From Candidatus Geothermarchaeota archaeon (GTDB lineage Archaea > Thermoproteota > Nitrososphaeria > Geothermarchaeales > JDFR-13), in assembly GCA_015523605.1 (NCBI GenBank), contig WAKC01000050.1:832-64831 (forward strand): a stretch of DNA of 64,000 bases, read 5' to 3'. This document shows positions 1 to 8,178 of the stretch, in pieces. Under the pieces are notes generated by a model. It was not told the DNA's origin. It saw nothing but the letters and a program-made list of their open reading frames with translations, and made no database searches. The translations under genes and the position numbers were made by a program. Every line of letters starts with the position of its first letter. Within the stretch, counting starts at the first letter, position 1.

Positions 1-310
1 CAGCTAATTCGATGGCTAGAGGATGGTGATATAAGAAGCCGTATTTCTTTAGTGCATCGACGGTAGCCTCTAAAACCTCTGGATGTATATTCCCCACATT
101 ATTTGAAGCCCATCCACTTGTGAAGTCAATATATCTATTTCCATCTACGTCATAGACGTGATATAAGTCGGCTCCTCCAGTTATGAATGAAGCCATCGTT
201 CTTAAATGTTCAAGATATTTTGGGTTTAACCCTCCTGGAATGACTTTTTTAAGTCTCTCATGATACTCTCGGGACTTTGGTCCCGGAATCTCATATGGTA
301 TGTCAAACAC
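1..310 (-). CDS. class III PLP-dependent aminotransferase (GabT / GSA-aminomutase-like), N-terminal fragment; gene continues past the window start
   Basis: Absent from the ORF track because it is open at the edge. Reverse-strand translation from GTG 310..308 reads VFDIPYEIPGPKSREYHERLKKVIPGGLNPKYLEHLRTMASFITGGADLYHVYDVDGNRYIDFTSGWASNNVGNIHPEVLEATVDALKKYGFLYHH. This is colinear with the N-termini of the other class III aminotransferases here (42816..44228, 25863..27155). An in-frame TGA lies 11 codons upstream of the GTG with no ATG between. GGAGG overlaps the start. Confidence 0.65.
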   Translation of the reverse strand, partial: MFDIPYEIPGPKSREYHERLKKVIPGGLNPKYLEHLRTMASFITGGADLYHVYDVDGNRYIDFTSGWASNNVGNIHPEVLEATVDALKKYGFLYHHPLAIELA

Positions 311-475
311 CTCCAGATAGTATCTAATATTTAGAGATATCTTTCAATAGGTATAGAGTGGTGGGAAACATCTTAATATTCCCCTATATATATTACGCTA
401 GTCGACTTAGACAGGTCTTCTTATTAGTTTTAGGTAACAACCTTTTTAAGTATCAATATAAATAGTCTTCCTAGA

Positions 476-1771
476 ATGAGAGGGGAACTTAGAATAGTTA
501 TTCTCGCAAGTCTTCTTTGGATAGCTTCTTCACAAAATGTTGGAGTTATAAGTTTCAGCTTGAGGCCTATCCTAGAATATTTCCAGCTTCCTGTAGAGGC
601 TTCGTGGCTAGCTTCTATATTGGCATCAGGCACCAATATTGGAATGCTATTTGGAGCCTTGTTATCAGGTCCATTAGCAGATAGGATAGGACGTAAGAAT
701 GTCATCCTATTTTCAACGGTTCTGCATTCGGCTTCGACCCTAATTAGTTCATTCTCCTTATCCGCTGAGATCCTTGCCATATTTAGATTCTTGATTGGTG
801 TTGGAGTTGGAGGGGCACTCCCCATAATCGCGTCATTAGTGGCTGAGTATAGTAGTAGGGAGAGGCGTGGTAGGAATATCAGTCTTGTAGAGACTTTCTG
901 GGCGGTTGGATGGCTCTCAGCAGTCCTACTATCACTTGTAGTATATACGGATGTTGAGGGTTGGAGATTATATATGGCATTAGCCGGGTTTTTATCCCTT
1001 ACACTTGTTTTAATGTCTAACGCGGCACTTCCAGAGTCGATAAGATATTTGATGTCTATAGGACGTAGAGAGGAGGCCCAGGAATTAATAGATAGATTTA
1101 GAGTTGAGACACCTGAAATATTTCCTAAGAGGTTCTCCTTCTCAGAGTCAGTTAAGATATTGTTGGGTAAGGAGTTCAGGAGGTCCACAATCTCATTATG
1201 GATAACATGGTTCTGTATCACGATGGGTTACTATGGAATATTCATCTGGCTACCCACATTAATAGCTGGAGGTAGCCCCGAGATAGAGGCTTACATGCAG
1301 ACAAATAGGTTTACATATCTGGTTATAATTACCCTTGCCCAAATCCCTGGATATCTAAGTGCAGTCTTCCTGGTCGATAGAATTGGTAGAAGGACGGTAC
1401 TATCCACATATCTTTTCATGACAGCTGTCTCAAGCATATTATTCGCCAATTCAAAGACTGTATTCGAATTATACACTTCAGGGCTTATCCTTAGCTTCTT
1501 TGATCTGGGGGCATGGGCAGCCTTATATACCTATACGCCTGAACAATATCCAACGCATATACGGGGGTTAGGGAGTGGATGGGCTAGTTCGATGGGTAGG
1601 ATAGGGGGTATTCTAGGTGCGATGATAGTGCCGTGGCTGGGTGGTCCTGGTAAATGGTTTGATGTATTCATATTATTTACCGTCGTCCACCTTATTGGGG
1701 CTATCTCCGCCCTTCTTGGTAAAGAGTATGCGAAGAAAGAGATGCCAGAATTCGTGGTTGTAACTACTTGA
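476..1771 (+). CDS. MFS transporter
   Basis: 431-aa ORF with many hydrophobic helices. It has the MFS loop motif GPLADRIGRKNV and the second-half counterpart LVDRIGRR. ATG at 476. Confidence 0.85.
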   Translation: MRGELRIVILASLLWIASSQNVGVISFSLRPILEYFQLPVEASWLASILASGTNIGMLFGALLSGPLADRIGRKNVILFSTVLHSASTLISSFSLSAEILAIFRFLIGVGVGGALPIIASLVAEYSSRERRGRNISLVETFWAVGWLSAVLLSLVVYTDVEGWRLYMALAGFLSLTLVLMSNAALPESIRYLMSIGRREEAQELIDRFRVETPEIFPKRFSFSESVKILLGKEFRRSTISLWITWFCITMGYYGIFIWLPTLIAGGSPEIEAYMQTNRFTYLVIITLAQIPGYLSAVFLVDRIGRRTVLSTYLFMTAVSSILFANSKTVFELYTSGLILSFFDLGAWAALYTYTPEQYPTHIRGLGSGWASSMGRIGGILGAMIVPWLGGPGKWFDVFILFTVVHLIGAISALLGKEYAKKEMPEFVVVTT

Positions 1772-1890
1772 TTTAAGTGAGTAGAAAATAATACAGATTA
1801 TATTGTATATGCCCCCCAGATATAAGGATATATGTTAATTTAAACTCCTATACATACATAAATGATAATCCAATGTGTATAAACAAATAG

Positions 1891-2457
1891 GTGATGCTTA
1901 TGGAAAATATCCCATATGATGAAGAATTTATAGAGGAGTTAAAAAATAGGATGATTAAAAAATTGGGAAAATATCGGAAGTTTGATGTTGAGAAAGCTGT
2001 TGAATGTTTTATAAGAAAAAATATATTATGTATAGATTATAACCCAATTGATTGTAGTGAAAACCCTTTGGCTAAAGAATTAAATAGAGAATTTATAGAG
2101 TTGATTAAAAAGTATAGGCCTAAAGACTGTAGTGTTAGACGTTTTGTCTTCACTGTTAGGACCTTGTATAGAAGTGTTCTCGAGATTATGACTGATAATA
2201 ATATGGTTGATAGGCCTGTGACCTTCTCTTTGAATCCGGATTATCTAAAGAGGTTGTATCCCCTGTTTAAACATTATAATCCTATATGCGTCGCGGTTGC
2301 TGTTGCCAGTTTAAGTGTTCCTGAAGTCCCTATTACACGGATCTGTGATGTAATCTCTTCTTCTGAGAGGTTTAAGGGATGTGACCCTGGGAGCTTAACA
2401 GGTATGGTTTATAAGGCTAGGAATATGCTGATTGAGAAGGATTTGAAGCCATATTGA
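1891..2457 (+). CDS. hypothetical protein (orphan, A+T-rich)
   Basis: 188-aa ORF with no family I recognise. The first half is clearly more A+T-rich than its neighbours. The start is ambiguous (GTG 1891, ATG 1894 or ATG 1900). Confidence 0.5.
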   Translation: MMLMENIPYDEEFIEELKNRMIKKLGKYRKFDVEKAVECFIRKNILCIDYNPIDCSENPLAKELNREFIELIKKYRPKDCSVRRFVFTVRTLYRSVLEIMTDNNMVDRPVTFSLNPDYLKRLYPLFKHYNPICVAVAVASLSVPEVPITRICDVISSSERFKGCDPGSLTGMVYKARNMLIEKDLKPY

Positions 2458-2500
2458 TAAAGGGGAGTGTATCCAAATAATTTTTGTTGGTGATATAGAT

Positions 2501-2980
2501 ATGCCGTCGGATGTTGGTGAAGGTTCTATAGCTCCTGACTTTTGTTTACCGTCCGACGATGGTAGAGAATATTGTCTCAGAGACTTTAGAGGTAAATGGG
2601 TCGTTCTATACTTCTATCCAAAGGATAATACATCTGGCTGTACAAGGGAGGCTGTGGATTTCACTTCTAGACTAAATGATTTTATGAGTTTAGGGGCTGT
2701 TGTTATAGGGGTGAGCCCAGATCCTATTGAGAGCCATAGGAAGTTTAGAATGAAGCATTCGTTGAAGGTTATTCTATTGAGTGATGTTGAGCATAAGGTG
2801 TTACAGCTTTATGGTGTTTGGGGTAAGAAGAAGAGGTATGGAAGGGAGTATTATGGTGTTATAAGGTCTACATTTCTAATTGATCCTCAGGGTGTTGTAA
2901 GGCGGGTTTGGAGGAATGTTCGTGTGGCTGGTCATGTTGAGGAGGTTCTCCGGACTCTCCAGAGTCTTGTTTCCCATTAG
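2501..2980 (+). CDS. bcp: thiol peroxidase / peroxiredoxin, Bcp (PrxQ) type
   Basis: 159 aa with motif FYPKDNTSGCTREA (peroxidatic Cys in the T-x-x-C context). Length and layout are typical of Bcp. Confidence 0.9.
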   Translation: MPSDVGEGSIAPDFCLPSDDGREYCLRDFRGKWVVLYFYPKDNTSGCTREAVDFTSRLNDFMSLGAVVIGVSPDPIESHRKFRMKHSLKVILLSDVEHKVLQLYGVWGKKKRYGREYYGVIRSTFLIDPQGVVRRVWRNVRVAGHVEEVLRTLQSLVSH

Positions 2981-4082
2981 AGTCTGCCTCTCCAAATATC
3001 CTGTATAACATGTTTTTAAGTCTCTCGAGGGGGACCTCGTTACTTGTGAAGTTGAATGCCTTCTCCCAGACATCTTCACCCAATATCTTTTTATACATTT
3101 TACCTCTACCGGTTAGCACGGTTTTACTGGGTATTTGAAACTCTTTCCTTATCTCCTCGGTTAATATATTACTATCAATCCATAGTTCTACTCCGCCTTT
3201 TTTCCTCATCTTCCTCATTAGGAGGAAGGGCTTGCCATCTGTATAAGCGACGTAATATCTAACCTTCTTATACTCTTTTCTCTTGACTTCATTACCTAGG
3301 CTCCTAACTATTTTCAATACGGAATTCCAGTATCTATCCATCTTTCTCTTTGTGTAGCTCTTCACGTTTATCTTCTTTCTATCGACCTCGCTTCCCTTCA
3401 TTGGTGTTATGAGTAGTATCTCATTCTCCATATCGGATGGGTCTCCATCTATATCTACATATCTCTGCATAATAACTACCTCAATATTTCTATTGTTCTT
3501 CTTTACCTCTTCCACAGCCTCTATAAGCTCTCTGTTTATCATGTCTATAATTAGGAGGATGTTTTTCGAGGAATTATCCACGGCCTTCTTAATCTCTGGA
3601 ATCAAGTCGTCGCTTTCCTTCCTTGAGCCTAACACTTTCTCCCTTATCTTGTTAAATTTATATCTGTCCTTCCTAAGCTCGCTATATATATTAGCTGCTA
3701 GGTTCCAGGGGTTTATCTCTTTAATAGCGTCATTAATCTTGTTTAACTGGTCTTTTATATGGCTCTGTACTCCGTGTCGAAGCATCTCCATCTCTATAAT
3801 CCAGAGCTCTACACCCCCCTCTTTAATCTTCAGAAGTAGGCCGTCAGTAATTATCTTATTATTTACTCCAATAACTTTCTCAATTGGTAGGATTATAGAT
3901 TCATCTCCGAATATCCTGTTAAGGAGTTTTCTATATCTATTTAGGTAGTGGAACATATCGGTCTCTCTTTTGAAGGGGACTCTTTTATATATCCTATTTT
4001 TATGTACTAGTATGGGATCCCTAACTGTTTTTTCATCGGCTTGTATTGGTAATATCTCTCCATTATTATCCTGACTATACAT
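2868..4082 (-). CDS. hypothetical protein with internal duplication; possible PD-(D/E)XK / NucS-like N-terminal module
   Basis: 404-aa ORF. The block FKRETD...IITDGLLLKIKEGGVELWIIEMEM has the spacing of a restriction-endonuclease-like core. GGVELWI occurs twice (nt 3798-3818 and 3177-3197). The last 37 codons overlap bcp antisense. The function call is weak. Confidence 0.55.
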   Translation of the reverse strand: MYSQDNNGEILPIQADEKTVRDPILVHKNRIYKRVPFKRETDMFHYLNRYRKLLNRIFGDESIILPIEKVIGVNNKIITDGLLLKIKEGGVELWIIEMEMLRHGVQSHIKDQLNKINDAIKEINPWNLAANIYSELRKDRYKFNKIREKVLGSRKESDDLIPEIKKAVDNSSKNILLIIDMINRELIEAVEEVKKNNRNIEVVIMQRYVDIDGDPSDMENEILLITPMKGSEVDRKKINVKSYTKRKMDRYWNSVLKIVRSLGNEVKRKEYKKVRYYVAYTDGKPFLLMRKMRKKGGVELWIDSNILTEEIRKEFQIPSKTVLTGRGKMYKKILGEDVWEKAFNFTSNEVPLERLKNMLYRIFGEADSNGKQDSGESGEPPQHDQPHEHSSKPALQHPEDQLEM

Positions 4083-4173
4083 AATAATATAATTATGGAT
4101 TTGTTAGAAATTAAGATTGTTGAAAAAATTTATTATGCATTAACGGTGTTATAGTATAGATGGAGTGATTCAC

Positions 4174-4533
4174 ATGAATCCAGAGGAGATAAAAAACAAA
4201 ATTATTGATGCTCTTAGAAAAGTACATGACCCTGAGATCCCTGTCAACGTGTATGACCTGGGTCTTGTCTATAAAATTGATGTGGATGTTAATGAGAAGA
4301 AGGTCTATATAGAGATGACCATAACGTCTATAGGGTGTCCAGTCGCCTATGCCATCATAGATGATGCTGAATCTTCCGTCAAAGAAGCGCTCGGAGATGA
4401 TTGGAAGGTAACGGTTGAATTGGTTATGGATCCACCCTGGACCCCAGCCAAAATCACTCCCGAAGGTAGGAAAATGTTGGAGGACTTATATGGATATGAC
4501 ATCGTTGGAGAATGGATTAGACAGATGACATAA
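4174..4533 (+). CDS. DUF59 / MIP18-family Fe-S assembly protein (SufT/PaaD-like)
   Basis: Motifs DPEIPVNVYDLGLVY and ITSIGCP are typical of DUF59. The track ORF starts at GTG 4165. ATG 4174 is preceded by GGAG at 4162-4165, so I prefer it. Confidence 0.85.
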   Translation: MNPEEIKNKIIDALRKVHDPEIPVNVYDLGLVYKIDVDVNEKKVYIEMTITSIGCPVAYAIIDDAESSVKEALGDDWKVTVELVMDPPWTPAKITPEGRKMLEDLYGYDIVGEWIRQMT

Positions 4534-4582
4534 AAACTTTTATCCTAGACCATTGAAAAATTTTTTGTGGTGGTGTTATACA

Positions 4583-4759
4583 GTGTCTGAGGAGATCGTC
4601 ATAAAGGGTAAGGAGAATGGTCCTCTTCTGGTTATGAAGGACGGTAAGGTGCTTTTTGCTCTTTGTAGGTGTGGACTGAGTAAGAAGAAACCCTACTGTG
4701 ACGGAAGTCATAAGGGCTCGGGCTTCGAGGCTCCTGAGGTAGAGTTGAAGGTCGAGTAG
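4583..4759 (+). CDS. CDGSH iron-sulfur domain protein
   Basis: CRCGLSKKKPYCDGSH matches C-x-C-x2-S-x3-P-x-C-D-G-S-H exactly. The track ORF starts at 4553 (TTG). In-frame GTG 4583 follows a GGTGGTG patch, so the start is uncertain. Confidence 0.8.
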   Translation: MSEEIVIKGKENGPLLVMKDGKVLFALCRCGLSKKKPYCDGSHKGSGFEAPEVELKVE

Positions 4760-4763
4760 AGAG

Positions 4764-5348
4764 TCAATCCTCTATACACTTTTTTATATCTATAGGTCTA
4801 TAGATATTGGGTTCTCCCTTTGAGATTAAATTCTTTATTTTCTCCTTAAGGCATTCAATGTCTATTCCATGGTCCTTCGATTCTCTACATTCATATTTTA
4901 AGAATCTATTATAGGCTTTGATGGCCTCTCGATATTGGCCCATCTGGATCTTGATATAAGGGATAACAAATAGTATGAGAGATCTTAGGATACAGTCCCC
5001 CCTTTCTCTCCACAAGTCTTCAAGCATCTCATGTATTTCCCAGAATCTACCTTGACTATATAGTTGTAGAAACCTCGTTTTCCAATTCCCCCATTCCTTA
5101 TCTTCATCGTCAACATCAATTTCCTCGACTACTTCATATCCGTATTTTGTAAGATACCTTATCATATCTGAAAACACATCATTACTACCCTTTACATCAA
5201 TCTCGATGTGCTTATAATCTATTCTTAGGATTATATGTCTAAGGTTTTTCCGATAATTCTCTAAAATTTTTATAAGGATCTTCCTTTCTTTTTCTGGTTC
5301 AGTTAATTCTTTTCTTATGATAAGAATCCGCCTTGATGTACCCTCCAT
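4764..5348 (-). CDS. DUF309 domain protein
   Basis: The C-terminal half carries GRFWEIHEMLEDLW, which is the DUF309 signature as I recall it (FWE.HE.LE..W). The N-terminal ~90 aa are unassigned. Confidence 0.6.
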   Translation of the reverse strand: MEGTSRRILIIRKELTEPEKERKILIKILENYRKNLRHIILRIDYKHIEIDVKGSNDVFSDMIRYLTKYGYEVVEEIDVDDEDKEWGNWKTRFLQLYSQGRFWEIHEMLEDLWRERGDCILRSLILFVIPYIKIQMGQYREAIKAYNRFLKYECRESKDHGIDIECLKEKIKNLISKGEPNIYRPIDIKKCIED

Positions 5349-5421
5349 ACGTCAAACGTTAATATATTACGTGGATAATGTATTTATAACAAGTCTTATT
5401 CTAGGATTCTAGGGTGGCTTT

Positions 5422-5877
5422 ATGGTTGACATTATAAAATATAGCTTGATATTATCTGTAGGTTTTATACTCGGATATTTCTATTATACATATTTCAAGA
5501 TATCTCCAGGAGGTGTCCTCGCCACACCCTTCCTAGTTTTATACACATTAGAAGATCCATCCATATTTGTAATATTTGTTCTTGCATTTGTCTCATCCAT
5601 ATTTGCAATAGATTTCTTTGTCAGGAGATTTCTTCTATATGGTAGGAGACTATTCTATCTAGCCTTACTAGTTTCTCTCGTTATATCCGCGGTGCTATAT
5701 TTACTTCTCAATCCGACCTTCTCAACTGTATTCTTCTCTATCATTGCTGGTATAATAGCCTATAACAGCCATAAGGAGTTGATGGGTGGAACAGATTACA
5801 TTAAGATTACAACAGTATGGTTTAGTGAGTTTATCCTTCTATACATATTTGGTTTCATTATTTATAGTATATATTAA
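5422..5877 (+). CDS. PgsC/CapC-like small membrane protein (poly-gamma-glutamate synthetase component-like)
   Basis: 151 aa and all hydrophobic helices. It is colinear with recalled Bacillus PgsC (149 aa): ISPGGVLATPFLVL vs IVPAGLVVPGYLGL, and FLLYGRRLFYLALLV vs FMILYGRRKFAAMLI. Confidence 0.65.
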   Translation: MVDIIKYSLILSVGFILGYFYYTYFKISPGGVLATPFLVLYTLEDPSIFVIFVLAFVSSIFAIDFFVRRFLLYGRRLFYLALLVSLVISAVLYLLLNPTFSTVFFSIIAGIIAYNSHKELMGGTDYIKITTVWFSEFILLYIFGFIIYSIY

Positions 5878-5941
5878 CCTTTAAAAATTCGATTAGACAT
5901 CAACCTACCTAATAGATTTTCGGTGAAGGCGTGGAGACATT

Positions 5942-7093
5942 ATGATGTTGGTTTTAGACAATCATATAAACACTATATATAAGATACATAGGCTGAGTAG
6001 AAAAGATATAAATAGATATCGTAAACATCTTTCTGAAGCTAAATATCGCATTTTAGTCTCTGGTAGTCGAGGTAAATCCGGGCTCGTTGAAGATATATAT
6101 GGTGTTCTCCATGGTAGGGAGCTCGATGTTCTTGGGAAGGTTACTGGCTCTGATCCCAAAATATTCTATAGGGGTGTAACCTACTATATCGATAGGGGGT
6201 CGAATCCTAAAAGGTTCTTTCTAGACTATGAAAATGCAGGTATTATAGCAGATTTTAAGGCTGATATTTATTGTTTCGAAAACCAGACCATATCTAGATA
6301 TACAAATGGATATATTCATTTCCTGTTTAAACCACATATTGAAATCATTCCTAATCTTAGGCTTGAACATGCTGAGTTGGGTGAATCTCTTGAGGAGATG
6401 GCTCATACCTTTGGTGCTACTTTGAAGAATGTGGATTATGCGATTTATGCAGAGCCTATTCCCCATAATAAAGAGAGGGTTATCCCTATCTTGAGGGAGT
6501 ATGCATCGAAGTTTGGTGTTGAACTTAGAATCATTGATATCCCGTATTCAGAGTCTATGCTACCGGGTGTAGAGAGGGTATATATACTTCAAGAGTTGCT
6601 TGATATAATGGGTCTACCTCCTCTTACCTATCATGAGTATAACGAGGTTATTAATAGGGTTGTCTGGGAGATCAAGCCTAGGGTTTCCTCATATGGCTTC
6701 TACTATGTGGATCTTAGCAAGGTTAATGATCCAGATACGACTTCTATTGCATTGGAATATTTGAAGAAGAATTATGTGATGGGTAGGCCAATCTACATAT
6801 TGGCATACTTTAGGGGCGATAGAATAGATAGGACGAAGTTTTTCATACCATTTTTCGAGAGGATTAGGGATGACGATTCTGTAGCTAAGGTGATATTGGG
6901 TGGAATGTACTATGATAGGATTAAGAAGATTCTTGGGGATAAAGCTCTTGAGATGAAGAAGATCGACATGGAATTATTATTTGAAAAGATAAATGATGAG
7001 GATGGCTTTCTAATCCTTGCTGTAAATGGAGTAACATTTGAGATGGATATGGTTAGAGAGATGCTCTCAAGAGTTGCGCAGCCAGCTGTATAA
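5942..7093 (+). CDS. PgsB/CapB-like amide ligase (Mur-ligase-fold)
   Basis: 383 aa with P-loop ILVSGSRGKSG. Blocks colinear with recalled PgsB (393 aa): GKVTGSDPKIFY vs GKTTGTDARMIY; NLRLEHAELGESLEEMAHTF vs NVLEDHMDVMGPTLDEIAEAF; FRGDRIDRTKFF vs CRADRVDRTQQF. Confidence 0.7.
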   Translation: MMLVLDNHINTIYKIHRLSRKDINRYRKHLSEAKYRILVSGSRGKSGLVEDIYGVLHGRELDVLGKVTGSDPKIFYRGVTYYIDRGSNPKRFFLDYENAGIIADFKADIYCFENQTISRYTNGYIHFLFKPHIEIIPNLRLEHAELGESLEEMAHTFGATLKNVDYAIYAEPIPHNKERVIPILREYASKFGVELRIIDIPYSESMLPGVERVYILQELLDIMGLPPLTYHEYNEVINRVVWEIKPRVSSYGFYYVDLSKVNDPDTTSIALEYLKKNYVMGRPIYILAYFRGDRIDRTKFFIPFFERIRDDDSVAKVILGGMYYDRIKKILGDKALEMKKIDMELLFEKINDEDGFLILAVNGVTFEMDMVREMLSRVAQPAV

Positions 7094-7098
7094 ACCGC

Positions 7099-8178
7099 TT
7101 ATGAGACGGCCTTCTTTACTATGGATGCTACTTCCTCAATCTCTTCATCCTTGAGGAATGGATGGACTGGTAGGCTTATAACTTTCCTACTTAATCTCTC
7201 ACTTATAGGTAGTTTTAATTCACCAGTTATCTCCCTCACAATCTCCAGCTTGTGTAATGGCTTTTCATAATAGATTCCATATCCTATCCCCTCCTTTTTC
7301 AGTTTCTCCGCGATAATATCTCGTTTATCCGTCTTGACCGTGTATAGGTTGTATACGTGATATGCATATTCCCGCTCAACTGGCTTCTCCACATCAGCAT
7401 CAGATAAACATTCATTATATAATGCGGCATTCCTCCTCCGTCTCTCATTCCATCTTGAGAGGTTTTTTAGTGTTTCAAGGGCTACCACGGCGTTAATCTC
7501 ATTGAATTTCATGTTATATCCAAACTCCTTAATCTCTCCATTCTCTATACCATGGTTTTTGAGTCTCCTAATTCTCCTTGCTAATTCTTCGTTGTTTGTC
7601 GTTACGATTCCTCCTTCTCCATAAACACCCATGTTTTTGGATGGGTATAGACTGAAATAACCCACATCTCCGATACCCCCTACATTCCTCCCTTTATACT
7701 TGGCTCCATGGGCCTGTGCTGCATCCTCAATTACATATGCTCCATACTCCCTGGCTACCTCAATTATCTCATCCATCGGGGCTGGATGCCCGAATAAGTG
7801 GACTGGTATGATGGCCTTAACCTTATAGTCCATCTTCTTCTTTAGATCGTCTGGATCCATACACATAGTCTCATAGTCTACATCTATTAGTACAGGCTTT
7901 GCCCCTAACAGAGCTCCCTGGGATATTGTGGCTATGAATGTGAAGTCTGGTACAGCAATTTTATCTCCAGGGCCGATATCTAAGGCCTTTAATATTAGGA
8001 AGAGTGAGGAGGTTCCACTCGAAACTGTTATTGCATGTTTTACCCCTATAAATCTGGAGAACTTTTCTTCGAACTCCTTTGTATATCTGCCCTCTACATA
8101 GGATTTGGAGTCTATGACTTCTAAAATCTTTTTCTTTATCGTCTCATCTATATAGGGCTCAGCAATACGTATTTTCAT
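7099..8178 (-). CDS. DegT/DnrJ/EryC1/StrS-family sugar aminotransferase
   Basis: 359 aa. N-terminal pattern YIDETIKKKILEVIDSKSYVEGRYTKEFEEKFSRFIGVKHAITVSSGTSSL, plus a PLP-Lys context FSLYPSKNMG. Confidence 0.9.
   Translation of the reverse strand: MKIRIAEPYIDETIKKKILEVIDSKSYVEGRYTKEFEEKFSRFIGVKHAITVSSGTSSLFLILKALDIGPGDKIAVPDFTFIATISQGALLGAKPVLIDVDYETMCMDPDDLKKKMDYKVKAIIPVHLFGHPAPMDEIIEVAREYGAYVIEDAAQAHGAKYKGRNVGGIGDVGYFSLYPSKNMGVYGEGGIVTTNNEELARRIRRLKNHGIENGEIKEFGYNMKFNEINAVVALETLKNLSRWNERRRRNAALYNECLSDADVEKPVEREYAYHVYNLYTVKTDKRDIIAEKLKKEGIGYGIYYEKPLHKLEIVREITGELKLPISERLSRKVISLPVHPFLKDEEIEEVASIVKKAVS

Noticed and set aside
414-426. The 13-nt string GGTCTTCTTATTA upstream of the MFS gene recurs at 18994-19006 upstream of sufC; a related GGGTCTTCTCCTCTAAT lies near 40757 upstream of aor
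   Set aside because: The shared position between an A/T box and the start codon is tempting as an operator. However, a rough estimate (about 2e9 position pairs times 4^-13) predicts tens of chance 13-mer repeats in 64 kb, and more with A+T bias. This is not significant without genome-wide enrichment analysis.
430-1221. 263-aa ORF on the minus strand
   Set aside because: It lies entirely antisense to the well-supported MFS transporter gene. It has no recognisable motifs, and its composition is typical of a shadow frame.
2345-2372. GTGATGT-(11 nt)-CTGA inside ORF 1891-2457, resembling half of a C/D sRNA
   Set aside because: There is no matching C box/D' box at the correct 12-nt/3-nt spacing upstream and no terminal stem. 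It lies inside a coding frame.
3409-3948. 179-aa plus-strand ORF inside the 404-aa orphan gene
   Set aside because: The translation is an S/I/F/L-rich low-complexity string. The opposite-strand ORF is longer, and its repeated motif is conserved at the protein level with different codons, which supports that strand. I still note that the region is an orphan, so the strand call rests on this argument only.
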